64,000 bases of DNA from Pseudomonadota bacterium (lineage in GTDB: Bacteria > Campylobacterota > Campylobacteria > Campylobacterales > Sulfurimonadaceae), in the NCBI GenBank assembly GCA_043797085.1, contig JAZDQA010000004.1, forward strand, positions 64,001-128,000, in the 5' to 3' direction. The first letter of the stretch is position 1, and the number at the start of each line of letters is the position of its first letter. The notes beneath the pieces were generated by a model. That model ran no database searches. It saw nothing but the letters and a program-made list of their open reading frames with translations, and was not told the DNA's origin. Shown one piece after another: positions 42,283 to 52,782 of the stretch. The translations under genes and the position numbers were made by a program.

Positions 42283-42891
42283 CTATAGTCCGTTTCCGAC
42301 TTTGACACCGATGTCAAGTTCATCCATGAGATACGATGACTTTTTATGCTTTTGACCTTTTTTATCGGTATAGTCCGGTTTGAAACTGCTCTCTACTCGC
42401 AGTTTCCCTTGGGTTTGCGGTGCATGGCATTGGGTACAGTTGTAACGTCCTTGCCAGAGTTGACCATGCAAATCTTTTTTGATAATAACATCATTGCTTT
42501 CAGATTTGAAGTTATCATCTTCATCGGATTCTACCGCCGGTCTAAAGCTCGTGAAATGCGATTTTGGTATCGAAGTTGCCCCAACACTGGGAGCAATTTC
42601 AGGCATGTGACATCCCAGACACGCATTGTTATTTTTATCAATCTCGCCTAGACTGTCAATTTCATGAGGAATCATCGGCGGTGCATTGGTATACGCACGC
42701 GGAATTTTCTTTGACGTTCCGGGAGCTTCAGTGTGATAGTTAGTCCCATCTGGTTTAGCCGTGTCTTCTGTGTATAAATCAGCACTGCGCATCCCCAGCT
42801 GTGTTTCATCTATTGAGGTATTTCCAGCGTAAAGACCGCTAATAATCAGTGAAGCAGCAATGAAGCTGCTCATCATTTTTCTTGCTTTCAT
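42283..42891 (-). CDS. napB: Periplasmic nitrate reductase diheme cytochrome c subunit
   Basis: APPMIPH, CLGCH, SHF, RYNCTQCH. Confidence 0.95.
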   Translation of the reverse strand: MKARKMMSSFIAASLIISGLYAGNTSIDETQLGMRSADLYTEDTAKPDGTNYHTEAPGTSKKIPRAYTNAPPMIPHEIDSLGEIDKNNNACLGCHMPEIAPSVGATSIPKSHFTSFRPAVESDEDDNFKSESNDVIIKKDLHGQLWQGRYNCTQCHAPQTQGKLRVESSFKPDYTDKKGQKHKKSSYLMDELDIGVKVGNGL

Positions 42892-43706
42892 TCTTCATCC
42901 TTTGGTTGTTTTGTGAAACTTCGGATCGAAAATCCGAGCGCGTCTTCTTGACAGACATCTACGCATCTGCCACAATTTGTGCACTCACCCATAAGTACAC
43001 TTTCACTGCTGCGATTGATCATATGAAGGACCTCTTTTTCAGGGCACACCGTGATGCAACTGCGACAATCGGTACATTTATCAGCATCATGAGAAACACG
43101 GATAAGGGAAAATTTCCCGATAAGCGAATACGTCGCGCCCAGTGGACACACATACCCGCACCATCCATTCTCATGTACCAGTAAATCAAACAAAAAGATC
43201 ACGACTAGCGCACCGCCGCCCATCCCCATACCGAAGATAAGTCCACGGTGAGCCATTGAAACAGGGCTGATAAGTTCAAACGCTGCTACTCCCATAAGAG
43301 CAGAAAGGATTAAACTCAAACCTAAAATCCAATAGCGTAATGATCGGCTCATATAAAATCGTTTCTGCACTTCAGAAAATTTCAAAGCTCGACGCAGCCA
43401 TGCCGCCGTATCGGTAATAATGTTGATAGGACACACCCAGCTGCAAAAGGCACGCCCACCGATAACACCATAGAAAAGTGTCACGATTAATGCACCGAGC
43501 AGTATATCCATCCCTAAACTTGCCCCCGTAACGGCAATTTGCATCACCGCATAGGGATCACTTAGGGGAATAACTCCCAACACAGAGGAAGTGCTGAGAT
43601 TACCTTGCAACATTTTCCATCCCCACACATTGGCTCCTATATAAAGAACCAAGAGTGTGATTTGTGTTAAACGACGGAGGATTAAATAGCGATAATTTTT
43701 CATCAT
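42888..43706 (-). CDS. napH: Quinol dehydrogenase membrane subunit
   Basis: GRAFCSWVCP, WCGYVCPLG, two [4Fe-4S] motifs. Confidence 0.95.
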   Translation of the reverse strand: MMKNYRYLILRRLTQITLLVLYIGANVWGWKMLQGNLSTSSVLGVIPLSDPYAVMQIAVTGASLGMDILLGALIVTLFYGVIGGRAFCSWVCPINIITDTAAWLRRALKFSEVQKRFYMSRSLRYWILGLSLILSALMGVAAFELISPVSMAHRGLIFGMGMGGGALVVIFLFDLLVHENGWCGYVCPLGATYSLIGKFSLIRVSHDADKCTDCRSCITVCPEKEVLHMINRSSESVLMGECTNCGRCVDVCQEDALGFSIRSFTKQPKDEE

Positions 43707-44506
43707 AATCCTCCTTCGTCATTGAGTGAATCAAGCGCACTTTTTTCGCTTATCTTGGTTTTAGTGACCTCTATTGAGGCTCCTTCTAACCGTTTTTCGT
43801 CCGTTTTATCCCACCCTTTTATATAGTGGTCTCCCACTTTCCCCATGGCTAATGCTCTGGGGAAGATATGGATAGCGGCGATTTCAGTAACACATGCGTG
43901 CTCACACATCCCGCATCCTGTACACACTTCCGCATGCACAACAGGTTTTAAAAATGCATGCTTCCCCGTGCGTTCATTTTTGGACGTTTCGATGGTAATG
44001 GCTTCGCCTAAAAGCGGACACGCACGGTAGCACGCATCACACTGGATTCCCCACACGGCGATACACGAACTCTCATCGACCACCGCTAAACCCATACGCG
44101 ATTTATTGATGTCCAAAACGGCTTTGCTTTTCACATAGCTGCTTACGGAGGGTTCGTTCAATGCACCGCTAGGGCACACCGGTACACACGGAATATCCGT
44201 ACACATATAACAAGGTACAGATCGTGGGGTAAAAAACGGTGTCCCGATGGGGAGATTGTCCCCTGGACGCGCTAATATCAGAGTGTCATACGGACACGCT
44301 TCCACACACAAACCGCACTTGATACAGTTTTTGATAAACTCCGCTTCATCCAGCGCTCCCGGAGGGCGCAAAACCAGAGGCGCTGCTTTTACTTCACCCA
44401 CATAGGCACTCCAGACCAAAGCCCCCATCGCACTCAACCCAATTCCTCTCGCAATAGAGAGGAGAAAACGGCGACGATCATTAGGAGTTTTAGTACTCAT
44501 GGTCAT
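43703..44506 (-). CDS. napG: Quinol dehydrogenase periplasmic ferredoxin subunit
   Basis: Tat RRRFL, LRPPGA, four Fe-S motifs. Confidence 0.95.
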   Translation of the reverse strand: MTMSTKTPNDRRRFLLSIARGIGLSAMGALVWSAYVGEVKAAPLVLRPPGALDEAEFIKNCIKCGLCVEACPYDTLILARPGDNLPIGTPFFTPRSVPCYMCTDIPCVPVCPSGALNEPSVSSYVKSKAVLDINKSRMGLAVVDESSCIAVWGIQCDACYRACPLLGEAITIETSKNERTGKHAFLKPVVHAEVCTGCGMCEHACVTEIAAIHIFPRALAMGKVGDHYIKGWDKTDEKRLEGASIEVTKTKISEKSALDSLNDEGGL

Positions 44507-47295
44507 TACGCTTTATAGATTTTGACGGCACATTTTTTGTGGTCGATTTGTTTAGAAATCGGACACGTGTGATCCAAACATACTTTGTTGATAAATACTT
44601 TTTCATCAAACCATGGTACGAATACCAATCCTTTTGGAGGACGGTTACGACCACGAGTTTCGACGTGTGCTTTTACTTTACCACGGCGTGATTCTACCCA
44701 CACCATCTCGCCACGCTTCACTCCGCGCTTTTGTGCATCATCAGGGTGCATATAACACAATGCCTCCGGAACCGCACGATAAAGCTCAGGAACACGCATC
44801 GTCATGGTACCGCTGTGCCAATGCTCGAGTACACGACCGGTACAAAGCCAAATGTCATAGTTTTTATCAGGTACTTCGGTTGGTTCCATATACGGACGGA
44901 AAAAGATTTTGGCTTTGTTATCCAAATTCACTTTTGCACTGTTCGTAACCCCTTTAAGATTTCCGGTTGGAATGTCTTTGAACGCATGGCCGTAGAATGC
45001 GAATGCACCGTTGTTTGCTTTTTTCGCATACGGATCGTATTTCGCGTTGTAACGCCAGAACGTCTCTTTCCCATCGACAACCGGCCATTTTAGACCGCGT
45101 ACACGGTGATAGGTATCGAAATCGGCGTAGTCATGTCCATGCCCGTCACCAAATTTACGATACTCTTCCCAAAGATATTTTTGGATGAAGAAGCCATATC
45201 CTTTGAACGGTTTTCCATCGCTTCCGATAACATTACGTTTATCGCCTTCAACTTCAGAGTTTTGATAGCCTTTGCCCACTGGATCAGGCCATTTAAATGC
45301 TTTTGCCCGTGCATTGCCAAAAAGGACATCGTACAAGGTTGAGTTATCGTTGTATCCCATTGCTTTGGCTTTGCCCATAACGTCAGGTAATCCGCCATCC
45401 AGTCCTGGAATTTTTTGCGCTCCCCATACTTCTTTGATCGTAAAGCGTTTGGAAAGCTCTACAAACTGCCATGTATCGGACATCGAATCACCCATTGGAG
45501 TGACTTGCTGACGCCAGTGTTGTGTTCGGCGTTCTGCATTACCGTACGCTCCCCATTTCTCATACATCATCGCACTTGGTAAAATCAAATCGGATACTTT
45601 TGCTGAAATTCCCGGATAACCATCGGACGTTACGATAAAGTTGTCCATGTTTCGAGCTGCTTTAATCCAGTGATCTGCATTACCGGTATCTTGATACGGA
45701 TTACAAACACTGACCCATGCAAATTTCACCTTGCCATCTTCGAGATCACGGTGGATCTGAGTAAAGTGCGATCCTGCTTTTGGGTTAATCGTTCCATCAG
45801 GAATCGCCCAGATGCCTTCTGCCATTTTACGGTGAGCAGGGTTCATGACGACCATGTCCGCAGGAAGTCGGTGACTGAATGTTCCTACTTCACGAGCTGT
45901 TCCACACGCGGATGGTTGACCTGTGAGCGAGAATGCACCATTACCCGGTTTGGCTTGTTTACCCAGTAGGAAATGCACCATGTAAGCTTGTTCATTAACC
46001 CATGTTCCACGTGTATGCTGATTAAAGCCCATCGTCCAGAATGTCAAACATTTGCGTTTTTTCTCGATGTAAAGATCTGCCATTTTTTTAAGTTTTGCTT
46101 TGTAGCTTTCCATGCTCTCATCTGCATCACCTTTGGAAACGTGTGCAACATAATCGAGGGTATAGGGAGCAAGACCTTTTTTGAACTCTTCAAAGGTGAT
46201 TTTCCAATGTTTGTTCGCATCATTGGTATTTTTCATCTCCAGCGTATCGCCCTCTTTGTAGCCTAAATATCCAAGACTGACTCCCTCATCGGCAGTTAGA
46301 ACTTTAGATTTTTGTTTGGCTGCGGTATCGAGCTCTTTCGCCCCATATTTAGGGTGGTGAATGTCTTCGCGAAGCCCGTATCCGATGTCTACAGGACCGG
46401 TTGCAAATACGATATTTTTATCTAAGAACTCTTTGTCCATGGCTTCAGGATGATTGTACACAATCTCACGAGCGATGTAGTTCCAAATCGCCAAATCGGT
46501 ATTAGGCTTGAAGATGATTTCGACATCCGCTAGGTCCATCGTACGATGTTTGTAGGTCGATAGAACAACAACTTGTACTTTATCAGGATTACTAAGTTTA
46601 CGATCACTGACACGTGACCAGAGGATAGGGTGCATTTCCGCCATATTTGAACCAAACGCAACAATCGTTTCAGCAAGTTCAATGTCCTCATAACAGCCCG
46701 ATGGTTCATCCGCTCCAAAAACGTTCATGAATCCAGTAACAGCAGATGCCATACAAAGACGTGCATTAGGATCGATGTTGTTGGTACGGAATCCCGCTTT
46801 CATTAGCTTGAGTGCTGCGTGACCCTCCATCGCCGTTTGCTGACCTGAGCTGAACATCGCGATGCCGGTAGGTCCTTTTTCTTTGAGAGCTGATTTGATG
46901 TGTATTTCCATCTCATCAAAAGCACGTTTCCAGCTGACAGGTTTGAATTTGCCCTGCTTATCAAATTGGCCTTTATCGTTCATGCGCAATAACGGCTGAG
47001 TAAGACGATCCGCACCGTACATGATTTTGGCGTTAAAGTATCCTTTGATACAGTTAAGACCGCGATTAACCGGAGCCAATGGATCACCCTTGACTGCGAC
47101 GATACGATCGTCTTTGGTTGCCATCATGATACCGCATCCCGTTCCGCAAAAACGGCATGCCGCTTTATCCCAACGCCATCCTGCCTGACCCTGAGCTGAT
47201 GCTGCTTCGACTGAAGCAGGTACTGCCATTCCTATTGCTGTTGCGGCAGACGCTGCTGCTGCACTTTTTAAAAATTCTCTTCTATCCAATGACAT
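44506..47295 (-). CDS. napA: Periplasmic nitrate reductase catalytic subunit
   Basis: Tat [42 protein letters not shown]; start moved to MSLDRR. Confidence 0.98.
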   Translation of the reverse strand: MSLDRREFLKSAAAASAATAIGMAVPASVEAASAQGQAGWRWDKAACRFCGTGCGIMMATKDDRIVAVKGDPLAPVNRGLNCIKGYFNAKIMYGADRLTQPLLRMNDKGQFDKQGKFKPVSWKRAFDEMEIHIKSALKEKGPTGIAMFSSGQQTAMEGHAALKLMKAGFRTNNIDPNARLCMASAVTGFMNVFGADEPSGCYEDIELAETIVAFGSNMAEMHPILWSRVSDRKLSNPDKVQVVVLSTYKHRTMDLADVEIIFKPNTDLAIWNYIAREIVYNHPEAMDKEFLDKNIVFATGPVDIGYGLREDIHHPKYGAKELDTAAKQKSKVLTADEGVSLGYLGYKEGDTLEMKNTNDANKHWKITFEEFKKGLAPYTLDYVAHVSKGDADESMESYKAKLKKMADLYIEKKRKCLTFWTMGFNQHTRGTWVNEQAYMVHFLLGKQAKPGNGAFSLTGQPSACGTAREVGTFSHRLPADMVVMNPAHRKMAEGIWAIPDGTINPKAGSHFTQIHRDLEDGKVKFAWVSVCNPYQDTGNADHWIKAARNMDNFIVTSDGYPGISAKVSDLILPSAMMYEKWGAYGNAERRTQHWRQQVTPMGDSMSDTWQFVELSKRFTIKEVWGAQKIPGLDGGLPDVMGKAKAMGYNDNSTLYDVLFGNARAKAFKWPDPVGKGYQNSEVEGDKRNVIGSDGKPFKGYGFFIQKYLWEEYRKFGDGHGHDYADFDTYHRVRGLKWPVVDGKETFWRYNAKYDPYAKKANNGAFAFYGHAFKDIPTGNLKGVTNSAKVNLDNKAKIFFRPYMEPTEVPDKNYDIWLCTGRVLEHWHSGTMTMRVPELYRAVPEALCYMHPDDAQKRGVKRGEMVWVESRRGKVKAHVETRGRNRPPKGLVFVPWFDEKVFINKVCLDHTCPISKQIDHKKCAVKIYKA

Positions 47296-47416
47296 AAAAG
47301 CCCCCTTAGTGGAATCACTTGTTCGTTCCAAAATGGACGAACTCCTTAAGTTTTCCTGATGCTATGAAATAACTCATGCACTTCAAACATTATAAAGAAA
47401 TAGGAGAAAAAAGGTT

Positions 47417-47430
47417 TTGACTTAGGTCAA
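47417..47430 (-). promoter_or_regulatory. Crp/Fnr-type box upstream of napA
   Basis: TTGAC-TTAG-GTCAA, 22 nt from TATAAT (47394-47389, minus strand). Confidence 0.85.
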
Positions 47431-47448
47431 GAAACGAAAAAATGCCGA

Positions 47449-48345
47449 TTAGGCATTTCGTATTTCGTTGGCTTTTTGGAGGTTGTTTTTAAGTTTTTTA
47501 AGACGCAGAGAGGTTTGGTGCAGTTCTTCGCTTACTTGGATCATTACATCTTCACTTTGTTCTAGCAGTTCTTCGGCTTCGGGGGTGGAACTCATGAGAC
47601 TGGCAGTTGCAGCTTCACTCTTCTCGACCGCATCCGTAGCACTTTGGAGCGCTTCTTCGACATTACGTAAAAAATACTCGATATGAGAGCAGGCAATATC
47701 GAGTTCGTTTCCACTATGGGTGAGATTTTCTTCACCGCTAATACTTTTTGAATGTTCTAGGAATTTTTCAAAATTGCGTTGTATCTGTAATGTTGTCCGC
47801 GCCATGTAGAGGATAATAGCAAAAGAGATGAGGGCAAGAGTAATTTGAATACGGTGCGCCAGTACTCGTTTTTCCATCATCGATTCTTCGTATTGGTTCA
47901 CTGCTTTGTCCATCAATGCCAGCGTTTGATCTCCATTCTCATAAATGGTTTTAAGATCATACAAGTTGTGATCCCCTTGTAAATAACGATCGATCAGTCC
48001 TCCCATGCGATTCCAATGTCTATGCACTTCCATCATGGTAATATCGATTTTTTCATTTTTAAAAGCATGATAGTCTGAAGTCGTTGCACTAAGCTGTTTA
48101 AAATTACGATCAAATTCTTCTCGTGCACTTTGCAGCCGCTCGTATGCTCCATCTTCATCCACCAACAGACGGTGTAGTTCCAAGACGGTACGCTGGGAGA
48201 GCATTCGCTGTTTTCCGGCTGTATTGATTACTTTGGCATCGAGTTTTTGAGATGAATTGAGCCAAATATCGACCATAATAATAGTAATAAGATTGATTGA
48301 GAGAATGAGAACGATCCAACGAATTTTAGTAGATATTGATTGCAT
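47449..48345 (-). CDS. Two-TM membrane sensor with NarX/PilJ-type periplasmic domain and short cytoplasmic coiled coil
   Basis: DAKVINTAGKQRMLSQR resembles the NarX/NarQ nitrate-binding P box; no kinase or MCP signalling motifs. Confidence 0.8.
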   Translation of the reverse strand: MQSISTKIRWIVLILSINLITIIMVDIWLNSSQKLDAKVINTAGKQRMLSQRTVLELHRLLVDEDGAYERLQSAREEFDRNFKQLSATTSDYHAFKNEKIDITMMEVHRHWNRMGGLIDRYLQGDHNLYDLKTIYENGDQTLALMDKAVNQYEESMMEKRVLAHRIQITLALISFAIILYMARTTLQIQRNFEKFLEHSKSISGEENLTHSGNELDIACSHIEYFLRNVEEALQSATDAVEKSEAATASLMSSTPEAEELLEQSEDVMIQVSEELHQTSLRLKKLKNNLQKANEIRNA

Positions 48346-48992
48346 TATAGCCCCTCCGTAAAATAGTGTGCTAACTCATCTCGTAAAAGAATGAGTGTTT
48401 TGTGATCTTCTTCGATGATAATGCCCTTACGGATAAATTTAGCCAATACACGCGAAAGGGTAGCTGGCTGAATATTAAGACGATAGGATATTTCTTGTTT
48501 TTTCAGACTGTTATAAAGATCAAGATTTCCGTGCAGCATTTTAGCAACTTTTGCAGTGACATCGTGCACCATTCCCATCGTTACCATACAATCGATCATT
48601 TGTTTTTGATTCGCGAGAAGATTCACCAATCGAATCAGTAACGTATTGTCATTTTTTACAACCTCATTAAAAGCTTTTAAATCACACGACATCACGCGGC
48701 TGTGGGAGAGAAACTCAACATTGCTAAAACAACTGATACGATCACAATCAAGTGAACCGATATTGGTCAGTAATGCTTGATCCTTTAAGGTATACAAAAA
48801 AACTTCGTTATCAAATCGATCCACTTTATAAAACTTCACTTCTCCCTCAAGGAGAAAATAAACACGATTAATATCATCATCTTCATACACTAAGATATCC
48901 GATGCTTCATAATTTTTTATTTTTGTATTAATGGATAATGGGGATAGTTTTTGCGGATCACATCCTTTAAAAAAATCAAGCTGTTCCAACAT
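48345..48992 (-). CDS. Crp/Fnr family transcriptional regulator (Dnr/Nss-like, no FNR N-terminal Cys cluster)
   Basis: YFLLEGEVKFYK cNMP-fold strand, C-terminal HTH KQEISYRLNIQPATLSRVL; start moved to MLEQLDFF (AAGGA RBS). Confidence 0.9.
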   Translation of the reverse strand: MLEQLDFFKGCDPQKLSPLSINTKIKNYEASDILVYEDDDINRVYFLLEGEVKFYKVDRFDNEVFLYTLKDQALLTNIGSLDCDRISCFSNVEFLSHSRVMSCDLKAFNEVVKNDNTLLIRLVNLLANQKQMIDCMVTMGMVHDVTAKVAKMLHGNLDLYNSLKKQEISYRLNIQPATLSRVLAKFIRKGIIIEEDHKTLILLRDELAHYFTEGL

Positions 48993-49055
48993 CAATGGAG
49001 TATTCCTTACGTAATAATCTATTTTAAATGATAACACACACCTCTATCATTCGAA

Positions 49056-49069
49056 TTGACATAAATCAA
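49056..49069. promoter_or_regulatory. Bidirectional Crp/Fnr-type box between the regulator and moaA
   Basis: TTGAC-ATAA-ATCAA; 22 nt from TACCAT (49092-97, plus) and 22 nt from TGT-TATCAT (hexamer 49033-28, minus). Confidence 0.8.
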
Positions 49070-49128
49070 GAACATCCATTTGAAGATAAGCTACCATAAG
49101 CCAAGTATAAATGAAGAAGGCTGACCCA

Positions 49129-50094
49129 ATGTTGATAGACAGTTTTAATCGTGAAGTCAATTATTTACGTGTATCCGTCACCGAGCGATGCAATTTCAGG
49201 TGTCGTTACTGCATGGCAGAAAAGCCCTTTAGCTGGGTGCCAAAAGAAAATCTTCTTAGTTACGAAGAGCTTTTTGCTTTTATCAAAATCAGTATTGACA
49301 GTGGTATTCGTAAAATCCGTATTACAGGCGGAGAGCCAACCACGAGAGAAAATCTCGATGAGTTGATTGCTATGATACACACCTATGCACCCGAAGTCGA
49401 TATCGGGCTTACTAGCAATGGTTTTTTACTTCCCGCAATGGCCCAAAGGCTCAAAAGGGCAGGGTTAAAACGGGTCAATATTTCACTTGACTCACTGGAA
49501 AAAGAGACATTGCATTATATCGCCCAAAAAGATGTTCTTGAATCCGTATTAAAAGGGATAGATGCCGCAATCGATGCCGGATTATCCGTCAAAATCAACA
49601 GCGTTATTTTGCGCGGAATCAATGATCACGAAATAGGGTCTTTGTTCGAATATGCCCAAAATATCGGTGCGCAAATACGTTACATCGAATACATGGAAAA
49701 CATTCATGCCTCCGATGGGATAAAAGGTCTTGCAAGCTATGAAATACTCTCAGAACTCTCTAAAACTCATTCATTCTCTCGTATCGTAAACGAAAAAAGC
49801 GGTCCCGCAAATTTGTATGAAACGTCCAAGGGATACCATTTCGGTACGATTGAACCCCATCGTCACGATTTTTGTGCAACCTGCGACCGTCTTCGTTTGA
49901 GTGCTGAGGGTGATTTGATCGGGTGTTTGTATTTCGAGGGGGCAAAAAACATCAAAGAAGCAATCCGTAACGGTGATACTCAAGAGGCTTATAAAATGTT
50001 AGCCGAAGTGGTCGATAACAAGCCCGAAAAAAATCTCTGGGGAATCGAAAACGTGGAAATTTCCTCGCGTGCGTTTTATCGAACGGGAGGATGA
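49129..50094 (+). CDS. moaA: GTP 3',8-cyclase (molybdenum cofactor biosynthesis)
   Basis: YLRVSVTERCNFRCRYC, TGGEP, FCATCDRLRL, C-terminal GG. Confidence 0.96.
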   Translation: MLIDSFNREVNYLRVSVTERCNFRCRYCMAEKPFSWVPKENLLSYEELFAFIKISIDSGIRKIRITGGEPTTRENLDELIAMIHTYAPEVDIGLTSNGFLLPAMAQRLKRAGLKRVNISLDSLEKETLHYIAQKDVLESVLKGIDAAIDAGLSVKINSVILRGINDHEIGSLFEYAQNIGAQIRYIEYMENIHASDGIKGLASYEILSELSKTHSFSRIVNEKSGPANLYETSKGYHFGTIEPHRHDFCATCDRLRLSAEGDLIGCLYFEGAKNIKEAIRNGDTQEAYKMLAEVVDNKPEKNLWGIENVEISSRAFYRTGG

Positions 50095-50102
50095 AAGTTC
50101 CC

Positions 50103-50852
50103 TTATGCCTCCAGATAGTATCCAACTCCTGAAGCATTTTTGATGACATCTTCGGAAAGCTTTTTACGTAAACGCCAGACTAGAGTTCGCACACTATTGA
50201 CACTCACATATTCTTCTCCCCAAACATACGACATCGCGAGTTCAAAATCGACTGTACGTCCAAAATTAACAGCCAGTAATCGGATAAAAGCATTCTCTGT
50301 TTTACTCAAATAAATTTTTTGATTTTTATAAAAAGTCTCTCCCAGTGAAATGTCATGTCGATAATATTTTCCAAATTCGACAATAGGTTTATCGGAGCTT
50401 TTTTTAACAAAGAGAAGCTTTTCAAGATCCTCTTTGTTGTGTTTTAACTCATCGATATTGACGAATCTTTTTTGCTCTTCTTCGAAACGATACAGTGCCA
50501 TTTGGATTGTTGTGTGAAGATTGAGTGGTTCAAAAGGTTTGACTATATAGCCGTAAGGCTCTGTCTGCTTGGCATTTATAAGTGTATTACTTCCAGAATG
50601 GGCGGTGAGATAGATAAAAGGGAGCGGCATTTTAGTACGAATAAATTGCGCTATTTCTATTCCTTGCTTCTGGCCTTTTAGCTCTATGTCGATGAGTACG
50701 ATGTCAGGATAGTAAATTTTTAGTTTTTTTTGAGCACTTTGCTTATCATTAGCGACTGAGACTACCTTATATCCGAATGTCTCCAACGATAGGGTTAAGT
50801 TGAGAGCTGTAACATCATCATCTTCAACGATAAGTATTTTAATGGATGCCAC
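50103..50852 (-). CDS. Orphan response regulator (REC plus winged-helix output)
   Basis: VEDDD, LIDI, YLTAH and VKPF receiver motifs; RTLVWRLRKKL...GVGY OmpR-type wHTH. Confidence 0.88.
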   Translation of the reverse strand: MASIKILIVEDDDVTALNLTLSLETFGYKVVSVANDKQSAQKKLKIYYPDIVLIDIELKGQKQGIEIAQFIRTKMPLPFIYLTAHSGSNTLINAKQTEPYGYIVKPFEPLNLHTTIQMALYRFEEEQKRFVNIDELKHNKEDLEKLLFVKKSSDKPIVEFGKYYRHDISLGETFYKNQKIYLSKTENAFIRLLAVNFGRTVDFELAMSYVWGEEYVSVNSVRTLVWRLRKKLSEDVIKNASGVGYYLEA

Positions 50853-50933
50853 AGGACTCCTTTATAATTTTTAGTGACTGTTCTGATGGCTAGAAAGATT
50901 CAAACATAATAGCAAATGCCTAAGAGATAGTAT

Positions 50934-50947
50934 TTGATATAGATCAA
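50934..50947 (-). promoter_or_regulatory. Crp/Fnr-type box upstream of the response regulator
   Basis: Perfect TTGAT-ATAG-ATCAA, 22 nt from TGC-TATTAT (hexamer 50911-06, minus strand). Confidence 0.8.
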
Positions 50948-50950
50948 AGT

Positions 50951-52705
50951 TTAGAGCTCCCAATATTTCTTGCTAGTCATTAATTTCTTGATTTGCGGAG
51001 AAAGGTTTTGATCGGCTTGCCCAATCGTCCAAAGTTTTTTACTCAAAGAGCGTATAGCATTTTCAAAATTATTGTCAATCAGAGATAAAAAGGATTCGCC
51101 GGAAAAAGACTCTTCCAACAACTTTCTTTCTGCGTCAAAACGACAAAAAGCAATTTTGTAAAAATGGGTATTATCCAAACTGTGCAACATCATTTTTGAC
51201 CCTGTATCAAGTTTCGCCAAAAACCATAACGCACAAAACTCCTCTGAATAATGGTTGAGGACGTGGGTAGAAAAGTCTTCAAAGCTCTCCTGTTCACTGG
51301 CTTCATACTCATCGATAATCATCTCGATAACATTACCGATGTGTTCGATGGGAACCATCGTAAAAAGCTCTCTTCCCACACTGATCCCATTCGAGTGTTG
51401 TGCTCCAAAATAGATGCGTGCGGCTTTATCAACCTCTCCAAAACTGCTCGTACGCAATCCTATCAGCCCAATATCGCAGTGCTGATGTCTTCCACATCCT
51501 TTGGCACAGCCTGAAACACCCACTTGGATACGATGCTTTTGAATTTTATCCAGAGGCAATAAAAGTGCTTCATTTTTTAAATCCCAAAACGAAAATGGGC
51601 AATAACTGCTCCCTGCACACACAATTACTGTGGCGCTTTTGGGGAGATTTTCAAAAGGGGATGTTTTTTCAAAAAGCCCTAAAATGACAATATTTTGCTG
51701 GGTAGTGAGTCGCACTTCTGCTTCGTTTATATGGGCAAAAGTGGCGATTCGTGTAAGCTCATCGGGTGTTACACGTCCAAAATCACTCTCATAGCAAAAA
51801 GCATAGCTCCCGTCTTGAAGTTTTTCACTCTTCGAAAATTTTCTTTTTTCCAGTATCAGCGTCCCTGCAGTTTGCCACGTTTTTTGATACTCTTGTGCAA
51901 TGTATTCTTTAAACATTTCGATGCCGATCGTCTCAAGGAGATAAAAAAGACGTATTTGTGAGCGTGTCGTTCGTAACCCATGTTTGTTAAATGCCTCGAT
52001 AAAAGCACTAAAAAAAACTACGACTTCATCCGTGAGCAAGAATATATTGGCACAGCGGGCTATCTCAGTATTTTTGCCGCCCATATAGACGTTAAATCCG
52101 AAAATTTTATCTTTTTGTGCCAATCCAAAATAGAGATCATTAGCAAAAAATGAGGTAACATTCGCTCGATTTCCAGAAATACCGGTTGAAATTCTCCGTG
52201 GTAACATCCCAATTTGACGAGGAATTTTGAGGATAGTCTGTTCCATTTTCACAATAAGGGGATATGCCTCAATCTCGCAGGTTTCACCCAGACCGTCATA
52301 CACATCCGTCACGATATTTCGAACATTATCGCCAAACGTCTGCCATGTGGTGATTCCTGTTGCGTTAATTTGATGAAAAACACTCAATACGTTCTCGCTG
52401 GTAAGTCCATGCAGTTGTATTCCTGCACGTGCGGTCAGGATGATGTCAAGAGAATGAGACTTTGCAATGTGCGCAATGGAGTGAAGTTGTTGAACAGTTA
52501 TACGACCTGCCGTGATGCGCAAACGAAGAGTAAAATCTTCTTCATTCAGAGGGTTATTAAAAATACCAAAATCTTGAAGATAAAAAATGTCGGCTTCACT
52601 GAGTGCACTAAAATCAAGAGTTTCAATTTGCGGATAATAGTCATACGGAATCATTTTCGCTTTGTAGCGTTCCCGTTTATTCAGCTTTTTTTCGACAATA
52701 CTCAT
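50951..52705 (-). CDS. Siroheme [4Fe-4S] ferredoxin-dependent nitrite/sulfite reductase (NirA-like)
   Basis: LRLRITAG, LTARAGIQLHG, DNVRN, RLTTQQN, CAGSSYC and SGCAKGCG ligand motifs. Confidence 0.85.
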   Translation of the reverse strand: MSIVEKKLNKRERYKAKMIPYDYYPQIETLDFSALSEADIFYLQDFGIFNNPLNEEDFTLRLRITAGRITVQQLHSIAHIAKSHSLDIILTARAGIQLHGLTSENVLSVFHQINATGITTWQTFGDNVRNIVTDVYDGLGETCEIEAYPLIVKMEQTILKIPRQIGMLPRRISTGISGNRANVTSFFANDLYFGLAQKDKIFGFNVYMGGKNTEIARCANIFLLTDEVVVFFSAFIEAFNKHGLRTTRSQIRLFYLLETIGIEMFKEYIAQEYQKTWQTAGTLILEKRKFSKSEKLQDGSYAFCYESDFGRVTPDELTRIATFAHINEAEVRLTTQQNIVILGLFEKTSPFENLPKSATVIVCAGSSYCPFSFWDLKNEALLLPLDKIQKHRIQVGVSGCAKGCGRHQHCDIGLIGLRTSSFGEVDKAARIYFGAQHSNGISVGRELFTMVPIEHIGNVIEMIIDEYEASEQESFEDFSTHVLNHYSEEFCALWFLAKLDTGSKMMLHSLDNTHFYKIAFCRFDAERKLLEESFSGESFLSLIDNNFENAIRSLSKKLWTIGQADQNLSPQIKKLMTSKKYWEL

Positions 52706-52782
52706 GCTTTTTTCTTACACAAAAAGTTCATAGAACCCCGATTTGTTTTGTCGTATTTTAGTTGAATTTAGGGGGAGAACTA

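Noticed and set aside
47315..47377. 20-codon ORF ([20 protein letters not shown]) and hairpin in the napA leader as an attenuator or Moco riboswitch
   Set aside because: No RBS, no informative codon run and no terminator; the ~90-nt leader shows no riboswitch features I can recognise
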